From positions 19,840,001-19,904,000 of the forward strand of contig OZ059894.1 of NCBI GenBank assembly GCA_964057225.1: a DNA stretch of 64,000 bases, read 5' to 3'. A program made the position numbers and the translations under genes. Positions 38,896 through 55,000 of the stretch are shown here, piece after piece. The notes below the pieces were generated by a model. That model did not search any database and was not told the DNA's origin. It worked only from the letters and a program-made list of their open reading frames with translations. How positions within the stretch are numbered: the stretch's first letter is position 1; the number at the start of each line of letters is the position of its first letter. Source of the DNA: Auanema rhodensis (taxonomy: Eukaryota > Animalia > Nematoda).

Positions 38896-41800
38896 GAAAT
38901 TTCAAAATAATTTAGCAAAAAGTAGATGTTTTTAGATTCCTTTTTTCAAGGCAAAGACGATGGACAATGTTATTCAACGAAAAAATTAATTCTTCAGGGT
39001 GAAAATCGAGGATATAAGTGTGAACTTATATCAGTTGATATCTCGGTGCATTTTTAAGCTAGCGCAAATCTGATAACACAGATCGACGCAGCTTAAAAAT
39101 CCGCATCGAATGCACTATACTACATTGAGAAACGCTTAATACAAAAATTAGTTATGATCGTTTGAAAAATGATGCATTAGTGTATGTTGAGTTTCCATGT
39201 ACACTCAACATTGCTTCCAAAAACATTTTGACAAAAATTTTTTCGAAAAATTTCAGAATAATTTAGCAAAAAGTAGATGTTTTTAGATTCCATTTTTCAA
39301 GGCAAAGACGATGGACAATGTTATTCAACGAAAAAATTAATTCTTCAGGGTGAAAATCGAGGATATAAGTGTGAACTTATATCAGTTGATATCTCGGTGC
39401 ATTTTTAAGCTAGCGCAAATCTGATAACACAGATCGACGCAGCTTAAAAATCCGCATCGAATGCACTATACTACATTGAGAAACGCTTAATACAAAAATT
39501 AGTTATGATCGTTTGAAAAATGATGCATTAGTGTATGTTGAGTTTCCATGTACACTCAACATTGCTTCCAAAAACATTTTGACAAAAATTTTTTCGAAAA
39601 ATTTCAGAATAATTTAGCAAAAAGTAGATGTTTTTAGATTCCATTTTTCAAGGCAAAGACGATGGACAATGTTATTCAACGAAAAAATTAATTCTTCAGG
39701 GTGAAAATCGAGGATATAAGTGTGAACTTATATCAGTTGATATCTCGGTGCATTTTTAAGCTAGCGCAAATCTGATAACACAGATCGACGCAGCTTAAAA
39801 ATCCGCATCGAATGCACTATACTACATTGAGAAACGCTTAATACAAAAATTAGTTATGATCGTTTGAAAAATGATGCATTAGTGTATGTTGAGTTTCCAT
39901 GTACACTCAACATTGCTTCCAAAAACATTTTGACAAAAATTTTTTCGAAAAATTTCAAAATAATTTAGCAAAAAGTAGATGTTTTTAGATTCCTTTTTTC
40001 AAGGCAAAGACGATGGACAATGTTATTCAACGAAAAAATTAATTCTTCAGGGTGAAAATCGAGGATATAAGTGTGAACTTATATCAGTTGATATCTCGGT
40101 GCATTTTTAAGCTAGCGCAAATCTGATAACACAGAACGACGCAGCTTAAAAATTCGCATCGAATGCACTATACTACATTGAGAAACGCTTAATACAAAAA
40201 TTAGTTATGATCGTTTGAAAAATGATGCATTAGTGTATGTTGAGTTTCCATGTACACTCAACATTGCTTCCAAAAACATTTTGACAAAAATTTTTTCGAA
40301 AAATTTCAAAATAATTTAGCAAAAAGTAGATGTTTTTAGATTCCTTTTTTCAAGGCAAAGACGATGGACAATGTTATTCAACGAAAAAATTAATTCTTCA
40401 GGGTGAAAATCGAGGATATAAGTGTGAACTTATATCAGTTGATATCTCGGTGCATTTTTAAGCTAGCGCAAATCTGATAACACAGAACGACGCAGCTTAA
40501 AAATTCGCATCGAATGCACTATACTACATTGAGAAACGCTTAATACAAAAATTAGTTATGATCGTTTGAAAAATGATGCATTAGTGTATGTTGAGTTTCC
40601 ATGTACACTCAACATTGCTTCCAAAAACATTTTGACAAAAATTTTTTCGAAAAATTTCAGAATAATTTAGCAAAAAGTAGATGTTTTTAGATTCCATTTT
40701 TCAAGGCAAAGACGATGGACAATGTTATTCAACGAAAAAATTAATTCTTCAGGGTGAAAATCGAGGATATAAGTGTGAACTTATATCAGTTGATATCTCG
40801 GTGCATTTTTAAGCTAGCGCAAATCTGATAACACAGATTGACGCAGCTTAAAAATCCGCATCGAATGCACTATACTACATTGAGAAACGCTTAATACAAA
40901 AATTAGTTATGATCGTTTGAAAAATGATGCATTAGTGTATGTTGAGTTTCCATGTACACTCAACATTGCTTCCAAAAACATTTTGACAAAAATTTTTTCG
41001 AAAAATTTCAAAATAATTTAGCAAAAAGTAGATGTTTTTAGATTTCTTTTTTCAAGGCAAAGACGATGGACAATGTTATTCAACGAAAAAATTAATTCTT
41101 CAGGGTGAAAATCGAGGATATAAGTGTGAACTTATATCAGTTGATATCTCGGTGCATTTTTAAGCTAGCGCAAATCTGATAACACAGAACGACGCAGCTT
41201 AAAAATTCGCATCGAATGCACTATACTACATTGAGAAACGCTTAATACAAAAATTAGTTATGATCGTTTGAAAAATGATGCATTAGTGTATGTTGAGTTT
41301 CCATGTACACTCAACATTGCTTCCAAAAACATTTTGACAAAAATTTTTTCGAAAAATTTCAGAATAATTTAGCAAAAAGTAGATGTTTTTAGATTCCATT
41401 TTTCAAGGCAAAGACGATGGACAATGTTATTCAACGAAAAAATTAATTCTTCAGGGTGAAAATCGAGGATATAAGTGTGAACTTATATCAGTTGATATCT
41501 CGGTGCATTTTTAAGCTAGCGCAAATCTGATAACACAGATCGACGCAGCTTAAAAATCCGCATCGAATGCACTATACTACATTGAAAAACGCTTAATACA
41601 AAAATTAGTTATGATCGTTTGAAAAATGATGCATTAGTGTATGTTGAGTTTCCATGTACACTCAACATTGCTTCCAAAAACATTTTGACAAAAAGTTTTT
41701 CGAAAAATTTCAAAATAATTTAGCAAAAAGTAGATGTTTTTAGATTCCATTTTTCAAGGCAAAGACGATGGACAATGTTATTCAACGAAAAAATTAATTC

Positions 41801-42415
41801 TTCAGGGTGAAAATCGAGGATATAAGTGTGAACTTATATCAGTTGATATCTCGGTGCATTTTTAAGCTAGCGCAAATCTGATAACACAGATCGACGCAGC
41901 TTAAAAATCCGCATCGAATGCACTATACTACATTGAGAAACGCTTAATACAAAAATTAGTTATGATCGTTTGAAAAATGATGCATTAGTGTATGTTGAGT
42001 TTCCATGTACACTCAACATTGCTTCCAAAAACATTTTGACAAAAATTTTTTCGAAAAATTTCAGAATAATTTAGCAAAAAGTAGATGTTTTTAGATTCCA
42101 TTTTTCAAGGCAAAGACGATGGACAATGTTATTCAACGAAAAAATTAATTCTTCAGGGTGAAAATCGAGGATATAAGTGTGAACTTATATCAGTTGATAT
42201 CTCGGTGCATTTTTAAGCTAGCGCAAATCTGATAACACAGATCGACGCAGCTTAAAAATCCGCATCGAATGCACTATACTACATTGAGAAACGCTTAATA
42301 CAAAAATTAGTTATGATCGTTTGAAAAATGATGCATTAGTGTATGTTGAGTTTCCATGTACACTCAACATTGCTTCCAAAAACATTTTGACAAAAATTTT
42401 TTCGAAAAATTTCAG

Positions 42416-45400
42416 AATAATTTAGCAAAAAGTAGATGTTTTTAGATTCCATTTTTCAAGGCAAAGACGATGGACAATGTTATTCAACGAAAAAATTAAT
42501 TCTTCAGGGTGAAAATCGAGGATATAAGTGTGAACTTATATCAGTTGATATCTCGGTGCATTTTTAAGCTAGCGCAAATCTGATAACACAGATCGACGCA
42601 GCTTAAAAATCCGCATCGAATGCACTATACTACATTGAGAAACGCTTAATACAAAAATTAGTTATGATCGTTTGAAAAATGATGCATTAGTGTATGTTGA
42701 GTTTCCATGTACACTCAACATTGCTTCCAAAAACATTTTGACAAAAATTTTTTCGAAAAATTTCAAAATAATTTAGCAAAAAGTAGATGTTTTTAGATTC
42801 CTTTTTTCAAGTCAAAGACGATGGACAATGTTATTCAACGAAAAAATTAATTCTTCAGGGTGAAAATCGAGGATATAAGTGTGAACTTATATCAGTTGAT
42901 ATCTCGGTGCATTTTTAAGCTAGCGCAAATCTGATAACACAGAACGACGCAGCTTAAAAATTCGCATCGAATGCACTATACTACATTGAGAAACGCTTAA
43001 TACAAAAATTAGTTATGATCGTTTGAAAAATGATGCATTAGTGTATGTTGAGTTTCCATGTACACTCAACATTGCTTCCAAAAACATTTTGACAAAAATT
43101 TTTTCGAAAAATTTCAGAATAATTTAGCAAAAAGTAGATGTTTTTAGATTCCATTTTTCAAGGCAAAGACGATGGACAATGTTATTCAACGAAAAAATTA
43201 ATTCTTCAGGGTGAAAATCGAGGATATAAGTGTGAACTTATATCAGTTGATATCTCGGTGCATTTTTAAGCTAGCGCAAATCTGATAACACAGATCGACG
43301 CAGCTTAAAAATCCGCATCGAATGCACTATACTACATTGAGAAACGCTTAATACAAAAATTAGTTATGATCGTTTGAAAAATGATGCATTAGTGTATGTT
43401 GAGTTTCCATGTACACTCAACATTGCTTCCAAAAACATTTTGACAAAACTTTTTTCGAGAAATTTCAAAATAATTTAGCAAAAAGTAGATGTTTTTAGAT
43501 TCCTTTTTTCAAGGCAAAGACGATGGACAATGTTATTCAACGAAAAAATTAATTCTTCAGGGTGAAAATCGAGGATATAAGTGTGAACTTATATCAGTTG
43601 ATATCTCGGTGCATTTTTAAGCTAGCGCAAATCTGATAACACAGATCGACGCAGCTTAAAAATCCGCATCGAATGCACTATACTACATTGAAAAACGCTT
43701 AATACAAAAATTAGTTATGATCGTTTGAAAAATGATGCATTAGTGTATGTTGAGTTTCCATGTACACTCAACATTGCTTCCAAAAACATTTTGACAAAAA
43801 GTTTTTCGAAAAATTTCAAAATAATTTAGCAAAAAGTAGATGTTTTTAGATTCCATTTTTCAAGGCAAAGACGATGGACAATGTTATTCAACGAAAAAAT
43901 TAATTCTTCAGGGTGAAAATCGAGGATATAAGTGTGAACTTATATCAGTTGATATCTCGGTGCATTTTTAAGCTAGCGCAAATCTGATAACACAGATCGA
44001 CGCAGCTTAAAAATCCGCATCGAATGCACTATACTACATTGAGAAACGCTTAATACAAAAATTAGTTATGATCGTTTGAAAAATGATGCATTAGTGTATG
44101 TTGAGTTTCCATGTACACTCAACATTGCTTCCAAAAACATTTTGACAAAAATTTTTTCGAAAAATTTCAAAATAATTTAGCAAAAAGTAGATGTTTTTAG
44201 ATTCCTTTTTTCAAGTCAAAGACGATGGACAATGTTATTCAACGAAAAAATTAATTCTTCAGGGTGAAAATCGAGGATATAAGTGTGAACTTATATCAGT
44301 TGATATCTCGGTGCATTTTTAAGCTAGCGCAAATCTGATAACACAGAACGACGCAGCTTAAAAATTCGCATCGAATGCACTATACTACATTGAGAAACGC
44401 TTAATACAAAAATTAGTTATGATCGTTTGAAAAATGATGCATTAGTGTATGTTGAGTTTCCATGTACACTCAACATTGCTTCCAAAAACATTTTGACAAA
44501 AATTTTTTCGAAAAATTTCAGAATAATTTAGCAAAAAGTAGATGTTTTTAGATTCCATTTTTCAAGGCAAAGACGATGGACAATGTTATTCAACGAAAAA
44601 ATTAATTCTTCAGGGTGAAAATCGAGGATATAAGTGTGAACTTATATCAGTTGATATCTCGGTGCATTTTTAAGCTAGCGCAAATCTGATAACACAGATC
44701 GACGCAGCTTAAAAATCCGCATCGAATGCACTATACTACATTGAGAAACGCTTAATACAAAAATTAGTTATGATCGTTCGAAAAATGATGCATTAGTGTA
44801 TGTTGAGTTTCCATGTACACTCAACATTGCTTCCAAAAACATTTTGACAAAACTTTTTTCGAGAAATTTCAAAATAATTTAGCAAAAAGTAGATGTTTTT
44901 AGATTCCTTTTTTCAAGGCAAAGACGATGGACAATGTTATTCAACGAAAAAATTAATTCTTCAGGGTGAAAATCGAGGATATAAGTGTGAACTTATATCA
45001 GTTGATATCTCGGTGCATTTTTAAGCTAGCGCAAATCTGATAACACAGATCGACGCAGCTTAAAAATCCGCATCGAATGCACTATACTACATTGAAAAAC
45101 GCTTAATACAAAAATTAGTTATGATCGTTTGAAAAATGATGCATTAGTGTATGTTGAGTTTCCATGTACACTCAACATTGCTTCCAAAAACATTTTGACA
45201 AAAAGTTTTTCGAAAAATTTCAAAATAATTTAGCAAAAAGTAGATGTTTTTAGATTCCATTTTTCAAGGCAAAGACGATGGACAATGTTATTCAACGAAA
45301 AAATTAATTCTTCAGGGTGAAAATCGAGGATATAAGTGTGAACTTATATCAGTTGATATCTCGGTGCATTTTTAAGCTAGCGCAAATCTGATAACACAGA

Positions 45401-45573
45401 TCGACGCAGCTTAAAAATCCGCATCGAATGCACTATACTACATTGAGAAACGCTTAATACAAAAATTAGTTATGATCGTTTGAAAAATGATGCATTAGTG
45501 TATGTTGAGTTTCCATGTACACTCAACATTGCTTCCAAAAACATTTTGACAAAAATTTTTTCGAAAAATTTCA
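42416..45573 (+). repeat. 4-monomer (1404 bp) tandem duplication
   Basis: AAGTCAAAG occurs at 42812 and 44216, and CAAAACTTT+GAGAAA at 43449 and 44853. One mismatch at 44779. Confidence 0.8.
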
Positions 45574-46851
45574 GAATAATTTAGCAAAAAGTAGATGTTT
45601 TTAGATTCCATTTTTCAAGGCAAAGACGATGGACAATGTTATTCAACGAAAAAATTAATTCTTCAGGGTGAAAATCGAGGATATAAGTGTGAACTTATAT
45701 CAGTTGATATCTCGGTGCATTTTTAAGCTAGCGCAAATCTGATAACACAGATCGACGCAGCTTAAAAATCCGCATCGAATGCACTATACTACATTGAGAA
45801 ACGCTTAATACAAAAATTAGTTATGATCGTTTGAAAAATGATGCATTAGTGTATGTTGAGTTTCCATGTACACTCAACATTGCTTCCAAAAACATTTTGA
45901 CAAAAATTTTTTCGAAAAATTTCAGAATAATTTAGCAAAAAGTAGATGTTTTTAGATTCCATTTTTCAAGGCAAAGACGATGGACAATGTTATTCAACGA
46001 AAAAATTAATTCTTCAGGGTGAAAATCGAGGATATAAGTGTGAACTTATATCAGTTGATATCTCGGTGCATTTTTAAGCTAGCGCAAATCTGATAACACA
46101 GATCGACGCAGCTTAAAAATCCGCATCGAATGCACTATACTACATTGAGAAACGCTTAATACAAAAATTAGTTATGATCGTTTGAAAAATGATGCATTAG
46201 TGTATGTTGAGTTTCCATGTACACTCAACATTGCTTCCAAAAACATTTTGACAAAAATTTTTTCGAAAAATTTCAAAATAATTTAGCAAAAAGTAGATGT
46301 TTTTAGATTCCTTTTTTCAAGGCAAAGACGATGGACAATGTTATTCAACGAAAAAATTAATTCTTCAGGGTGAAAATCGAGGATATAAGTGTGAACTTAT
46401 ATCAGTTGATATCTCGGTGCATTTTTAAGCTAGCGCAAATCTGATAACACAGAACGACGCAGCTTAAAAATTCGCATCGAATGCACTATACTACATTGAG
46501 AAACGCTTAATACAAAAATTAGTTATGATCGTTTGAAAAATGATGCATTAGTGTATGTTGAGTTTCCATGTACACTCAACATTGCTTCCAAAAACATTTT
46601 GACAAAAATTTTTTCGAAAAATTTCAGAATAATTTAGCAAAAAGTAGATGTTTTTAGATTCCATTTTTCAAGGCAAAGACGATGGACAATGTTATTCAAC
46701 GAAAAAATTAATTCTTCAGGGTGAAAATCGAGGATATAAGTGTGAACTTATATCAGTTGATATCTCGGTGCATTTTTAAGCTAGCGCAAATCTGATAACA
46801 CAGATCGACGCAGCTTAAAAATCCGCATCGAATGCACTATACTACATTGAG

Positions 46852-49064
46852 AAACGCTTAATACAAAAATTAGTTATGATCGTTTGAAAAATGATGCATT
46901 AGTGTATGTTGAGTTTCCATGTACACTCAACATTGCTTCCAAAAACATTTTGACAAAACTTTTTTCGAGAAATTTCAAAATAATTTAGCAAAAAGTAGAT
47001 GTTTTTAGATTCCTTTTTTCAAGGCAAAGACGATGGACAATGTTATTCAACGAAAAAATTAATTCTTCAGGGTGAAAATCGAGGATATAAGTGTGAACTT
47101 ATATCAGTTGATATCTCGGTGCATTTTTAAGCTAGCGCAAATCTGATAACACAGATCGACGCAGCTTAAAAATCCGCATCGAATGCACTATACTACATTG
47201 AGAAACGCTTAATACAAAAATTAGTTATGATCGTTTGAAAAATGATGCATTAGTGTATGTTGAGTTTCCATGTACACTCAACATTGCTTCCAAAAACATT
47301 TTGACAAAAATTTTTTCGAAAAATTTCAAAATAATTTAGCAAAAAGTAGATGTTTTTAGATTTCTTTTTTCAAGGCAAAGACGATGGACAATGTTATTCA
47401 ACGAAAAAATTAATTCTTCAGGGTGAAAATCGAGGATATAAGTGTGAACTTATATCAGTTGATATCTCGGTGCATTTTTAAGCTAGCGCAAATCTGATAA
47501 CACAGAACGACGCAGCTTAAAAATTCGCATCGAATGCACTATACTACATTGAGAAACGCTTAATACAAAAATTAGTTATGATCGTTTGAAAAATGATGCA
47601 TTAGTGTATGTTGAGTTTCCATGTACACTCAACATTGCTTCCAAAAACATTTTGACAAAAATTTTTTCGAAAAATTTCAGAATAATTTAGCAAAAAGTAG
47701 ATGTTTTTAGATTCCATTTTTCAAGGCAAAGACGATGGACAATGTTATTCAACGAAAAAATTAATTCTTCAGGGTGAAAATCGAGGATATAAGTGTGAAC
47801 TTATATCAGTTGATATCTCGGTGGATTTTTAAGCTAGCGCAAATCTGATAACACAGATCGACGCAGCTTAAAAATCCGCATCGAATGCACTATACTACAT
47901 TGAAAAACGCTTAATACAAAAATTAGTTATGATCGTTTGAAAAATGATGCATTAGTGTATGTTGAGTTTCCATGTACACTCAACATTGCTTCCAAAAACA
48001 TTTTGACAAAACTTTTTTCGAGAAATTTCAAAATAATTTAGCAAAAAGTAGATGTTTTTAGATTCCTTTTTTCAAGGCAAAGACGATGGACAATGTTATT
48101 CAACGAAAAAATTAATTCTTCAGGGTGAAAATCGAGGATATAAGTGTGAACTTATATCAGTTGATATCTCGGTGCATTTTTAAGCTAGCGCAAATCTGAT
48201 AACACAGATCGACGCAGCTTAAAAATCCGCATCGAATGCACTATACTACATTGAGAAACGCTTAATACAAAAATTAGTTATGATCGTTTGAAAAATGATG
48301 CATTAGTGTATGTTGAGTTTCCATGTACACTCAACATTGCTTCCAAAAACATTTTGACAAAAATTTTTTCGAAAAATTTCAAAATAATTTAGCAAAAAGT
48401 AGATGTTTTTAGATTTCTTTTTTCAAGGCAAAGACGATGGACAATGTTATTCAACGAAAAAATTAATTCTTCAGGGTGAAAATCGAGGATATAAGTGTGA
48501 ACTTATATCAGTTGATATCTCGGTGCATTTTTAAGCTAGCGCAAATCTGATAACACAGAACGACGCAGCTTAAAAATTCGCATCGAATGCACTATACTAC
48601 ATTGAGAAACGCTTAATACAAAAATTAGTTATGATCGTTTGAAAAATGATGCATTAGTGTATGTTGAGTTTCCATGTACACTCAACATTGCTTCCAAAAA
48701 CATTTTGACAAAAATTTTTTCGAAAAATTTCAGAATAATTTAGCAAAAAGTAGATGTTTTTAGATTCCATTTTTCAAGGCAAAGACGATGGACAATGTTA
48801 TTCAACGAAAAAATTAATTCTTCAGGGTGAAAATCGAGGATATAAGTGTGAACTTATATCAGTTGATATCTCGGTGGATTTTTAAGCTAGCGCAAATCTG
48901 ATAACACAGATCGACGCAGCTTAAAAATCCGCATCGAATGCACTATACTACATTGAAAAACGCTTAATACAAAAATTAGTTATGATCGTTTGAAAAATGA
49001 TGCATTAGTGTATGTTGAGTTTCCATGTACACTCAACATTGCTTCCAAAAACATTTTGACAAAA
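46852..49064 (+). repeat. 3-monomer (1053 bp) tandem duplication
   Basis: Private GGTGGATTT at 47824 and 48877; AGATTTC at 47363 and 48416. Confidence 0.8.
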
Positions 49065-52000
49065 AGTTTTTCGAAAAATTTCAAAATAATTTAGCAAAAA
49101 GTAGATGTTTTTAGATTCCATTTTTCAAGGCAAAGACGATGGACAATGTTATTCAACGAAAAAATTAATTCTTCAGGGTGAAAATCGAGGATATAAGTGT
49201 GAACTTATATCAGTTGATATCTCGGTGCATTTTTAAGCTAGCGCAAATCTGATAACACAGAACGACGCAGCTTAAAAATCCGCATCGAATGCACTATACT
49301 ACATTGAGAAACGCTTAATACAAAAATTAGTTATGATCGTTTGAAAAATGATGCATTAGTGTATGTTGAGTTTCCATGTACACTCAACATTGCTTCCAAA
49401 AACATTTTGACAAAAATTTTTTCGAAAAATTTCAGAATAATTTAGCAAAAAGTAGATGTTTTTAGATTCCTTTTTTCAAGGCAAAGACGATGGACAATGT
49501 TATTCAACGAAAAAATTAATTCTTCAGGGTGAAAATCGAGGATATAAGTGTGAACTTATATCAGTTGATATCTCGGTGCATTTTTAAGCTAGCGCAAATC
49601 TGATAACACAGAACGACGCAGCTTAAAAATTCGCATCGAATGCACTATACTACATTGAAAAACGCTTAATACAAAAATTAGTTATGATCGTTTGAAAAAT
49701 GATGCATTAGTGTATGTTGAGTTTCCATGTACACTCAACATTGCTTCCAAAAACATTTTGACAAAAATTTTTTCGAGAAATTTCAAAATAATTTAGCAAA
49801 AAGTAGATGTTTTTAGATTCCATTTTTCAAGGCAAAGACGATGGACAATGTTATTCAACGAAAAAATTAATTCTTCAGGGTGAAAATCGAGGATATAAGT
49901 GTGAACTTATATCAGTTGATATCTCGGTGCATTTTTAAGCTAGCGCAAATCTGATAACACAGAACGACGCAGCTTAAAAATTCGCATCGAATGCACTATA
50001 CTACATTGAGAAACGCTTAATACAAAAATTAGTTATGATCGTTTGAAAAATGATGCATTAGTGTATGTTGAGTTTCCATGTACACTCAACATTGCTTCCA
50101 AAAACATTTTGACAAAAATTTTTTCGAAAAATTTCAAAATAATTTAGCAAAAAGTAGATGTTTTTAGATTCCTTTTTTCAAGGCAAAGACGATGGACAAT
50201 GTTATTCAACGAAAAAATTAATTCTTCAGGGTGAAAATCGAGGATATAAGTGTGAACTTATATCAGTTGATATCTCGGTGCATTTTTAAGCTAGCGCAAA
50301 TCTGATAACACAGAACGACGCAGCTTAAAAATTCGCATCGAATGCACTATACTACATTGAGAAACGCTTAATACAAAAATTAGTTATGATCGTTTGAAAA
50401 ATGATGCATTAGTGTATGTTGAGTTTCCATGTACACTCAACATTGCTTCCAAAAACATTTTGACAAAAATTTTTTCGAAAAATTTCAGAATAATTTAGCA
50501 AAAAGTAGATGTTTTTAGATTCCATTTTTCAAGGCAAAGACGATGGACAATGTTATTCAACGAAAAAATTAATTCTTCAGGGTGAAAATCGAGGATATAA
50601 GTGTGAACTTATATCAGTTGATATCTCGGTGCATTTTTAAGCTAGCGCAAATCTGATAACACAGATCGACGCAGCTTAAAAATCCGCATCGAATGCACTA
50701 TACTACATTGAGAAACGCTTAATACAAAAATTAGTTATGATCGTTTGAAAAATGATGCATTAGTGTATGTTGAGTTTCCATGTACACTCAACATTGCTTC
50801 CAAAAACATTTTGACAAAACTTTTTTCGAGAAATTTCAAAATAATTTAGCAAAAAGTAGATGTTTTTAGATTCCTTTTTTCAAGGCAAAGACGATGGACA
50901 ATGTTATTCAACGAAAAAATTAATTCTTCAGGGTGAAAATCGAGGATATAAGTGTGAACTTATATCAGTTGATATCTCGGTGCATTTTTAAGCTAGCGCA
51001 AATCTGATAACACAGATCGACGCAGCTTAAAAATCCGCATCGAATGCACTATACTACATTGAAAAACGCTTAATACAAAAATTAGTTATGATCGTTTGAA
51101 AAATGATGCATTAGTGTATGTTGAGTTTCCATGTACACTCAACATTGCTTCCAAAAACATTTTGACAAAAATTTTTTCGAAAAATTTCAAAATAATTTAG
51201 CAAAAAGTAGATGTTTTTAGATTTCTTTTTTCAAGGCAAAGACGATGGACAATGTTATTCAACGAAAAAATTAATTCTTCAGGGTGAAAATCGAGGATAT
51301 AAGTGTGAACTTATATCAGTTGATATCTCGGTGCATTTTTAAGCTAGCGCAAATCTGATAACACAGAACGACGCAGCTTAAAAATTCGCATCGAATGCAC
51401 TATACTACATTGAGAAACGCTTAATACAAAAATTAGTTATGATCGTTTGAAAAATGATGCATTAGTGTATGTTGAGTTTCCATGTACACTCAACATTGCT
51501 TCCAAAAACATTTTGACAAAAATTTTTTCGAAAAATTTCAAAATAATTTAGCAAAAAGTAGATGTTTTTAGATTCCTTTTTTCAAGGCAAAGACGATGGA
51601 CAATGTTATTCAACGAAAAAATTAATTCTTCAGGGTGAAAATCGAGGATATAAGTGTGAACTTATATCAGTTGATATCTCGGTGCATTTTTAAGCTAGCG
51701 CAAATCTGATAACACAGAACGACGCAGCTTAAAAATTCGCATCGAATGCACTATACTACATTGAGAAACGCTTAATACAAAAATTAGTTATGATCGTTTG
51801 AAAAATGATGCATTAGTGTATGTTGAGTTTCCATGTACACTCAACATTGCTTCCAAAAACATTTTGACAAAACTTTTTTCGAGAAATTTCAAAATAATTT
51901 AGCAAAAAGTAGATGTTTTTAGATTCCTTTTTTCAAGGCAAAGACGATGGACAATGTTATTCAACGAAAAAATTAATTCTTCAGGGTGAAAATCGAGGAT

Positions 52001-55000
52001 ATAAGTGTGAACTTATATCAGTTGATATCTCGGTGCATTTTTAAGCTAGCGCAAATCTGATAACACAGATCGACGCAGCTTAAAAATCCGCATCGAATGC
52101 ACTATACTACATTGAAAAACGCTTAATACAAAAATTAGTTATGATCGTTTGAAAAATGATGCATTAGTGTATGTTGAGTTTCCATGTACACTCAACATTG
52201 CTTCCAAAAACATTTTGACAAAAATTTTTTCGAAAAATTTCAAAATAATTTAGCAAAAAGTAGATGTTTTTAGATTTCTTTTTTCAAGGCAAAGACGATG
52301 GACAATGTTATTCAACGAAAAAATTAATTCTTCAGGGTGAAAATCGAGGATATAAGTGTGAACTTATATCAGTTGATATCTCGGTGCATTTTTAAGCTAG
52401 CGCAAATCTGATAACACAGAACGACGCAGCTTAAAAATTCGCATCGAATGCACTATACTACATTGAGAAACGCTTAATACAAAAATTAGTTATGATCGTT
52501 TGAAAAATGATGCATTAGTGTATGTTGAGTTTCCATGTACACTCAACATTGCTTCCAAAAACATTTTGACAAAAATTTTTTCGAAAAATTTCAAAATAAT
52601 TTAGCAAAAAGTAGATGTTTTTAGATTCCTTTTTTCAAGGCAAAGACGATGGACAATGTTATTCAACGAAAAAATTAATTCTTCAGGGTGAAAATCGAGG
52701 ATATAAGTGTGAACTTATATCAGTTGATATCTCGGTGCATTTTTAAGCTAGCGCAAATCTGATAACACAGAACGACGCAGCTTAAAAATTCGCATCGAAT
52801 GCACTATACTACATTGAGAAACGCTTAATACAAAAATTAGTTATGATCGTTTGAAAAATGATGCATTAGTGTATGTTGAGTTTCCATGTACACTCAACAT
52901 TGCTTCCAAAAACATTTTGACAAAAATTTTTTCGAAAAATTTCAGAATAATTTAGCAAAAAGTAGATGTTTTTAGATTCCATTTTTCAAGGCAAAGACGA
53001 TGGACAATGTTATTCAACGAAAAAATTAATTCTTCAGGGTGAAAATCGAGGATATAAGTGTGAACTTATATCAGTTGATATCTCGGTGCATTTTTAAGCT
53101 AGCGCAAATCTGATAACACAGATCGACGCAGCTTAAAAATCCGCATCGAATGCACTATACTACATTGAGAAACGCTTAATACAAAAATTAGTTATGATCG
53201 TTTGAAAAATGATGCATTAGTGTATGTTGAGTTTCCATGTACACTCAACATTGCTTCCAAAAACATTTTGACAAAAATTTTTTCGAAAAATTTCAAAATA
53301 ATTTAGCAAAAAGTAGATGTTTTTAGATTTCTTTTTTCAAGGCAAAGACGATGGACAATGTTATTCAACGAAAAAATTAATTCTTCAGGGTGAAAATCGA
53401 GGATATAAGTGTGAACTTATATCAGTTGATATCTCGGTGCATTTTTAAGCTAGCGCAAATCTGATAACACAGAACGACGCAGCTTAAAAATTCGCATCGA
53501 ATGCACTATACTACATTGAGAAACGCTTAATACAAAAATTAGTTATGATCGTTTGAAAAATGATGCATTAGTGTATGTTGAGTTTCCATGTACACTCAAC
53601 ATTGCTTCCAAAAACATTTTGACAAAAATTTTTTCGAAAAATTTCAGAATAATTTAGCAAAAAGTAGATGTTTTTAGATTCCATTTTTCAAGGCAAAGAC
53701 GATGGACAATGTTATTCAACGAAAAAATTAATTCTTCAGGGTGAAAATCGAGGATATAAGTGTGAACTTATATCAGTTGATATCTCGGTGCATTTTTAAG
53801 CTAGCGCAAATCTGATAACACAGATCGACGCAGCTTAAAAATCCGCATCGAATGCACTATACTACATTGAAAAACGCTTAATACAAAAATTAGTTATGAT
53901 CGTTTGAAAAATGATGCATTAGTGTATGTTGAGTTTCCATGTACACTCAACATTGCTTCCAAAAACATTTTGACAAAAAGTTTTTCGAAAAATTTCAAAA
54001 TAATTTAGCAAAAAGTAGATGTTTTTAGATTCCATTTTTCAAGGCAAAGACGATGGACAATGTTATTCAACGAAAAAATTAATTCTTCAGGGTGAAAATC
54101 GAGGATATAAGTGTGAACTTATATCAGTTGATATCTCGGTGCATTTTTAAGCTAGCGCAAATCTGATAACACAGAACGACGCAGCTTAAAAATCCGCATC
54201 GAATGCACTATACTACATTGAGAAACGCTTAATACAAAAATTAGTTATGATCGTTTGAAAAATGATGCATTAGTGTATGTTGAGTTTCCATGTACACTCA
54301 ACATTGCTTCCAAAAACATTTTGACAAAAATTTTTTCGAAAAATTTCAGAATAATTTAGCAAAAAGTAGATGTTTTTAGATTCCTTTTTTCAAGGCAAAG
54401 ACGATGGACAATGTTATTCAACGAAAAAATTAATTCTTCAGGGTGAAAATCGAGGATATAAGTGTGAACTTATATCAGTTGATATCTCGGTGCATTTTTA
54501 AGCTAGCGCAAATCTGATAACACAGAACGACGCAGCTTAAAAATTCGCATCGAATGCACTATACTACATTGAAAAACGCTTAATACAAAAATTAGTTATG
54601 ATCGTTTGAAAAATGATGCATTAGTGTATGTTGAGTTTCCATGTACACTCAACATTGCTTCCAAAAACATTTTGACAAAAATTTTTTCGAGAAATTTCAA
54701 AATAATTTAGCAAAAAGTAGATGTTTTTAGATTCCATTTTTCAAGGCAAAGACGATGGACAATGTTATTCAACGAAAAAATTAATTCTTCAGGGTGAAAA
54801 TCGAGGATATAAGTGTGAACTTATATCAGTTGATATCTCGGTGCATTTTTAAGCTAGCGCAAATCTGATAACACAGAACGACGCAGCTTAAAAATCCGCA
54901 TCGAATGCACTATACTACATTGAGAAACGCTTAATACAAAAATTAGTTATGATCGTTTGAAAAATGATGCATTAGTGTATGTTGAGTTTCCATGTACACT

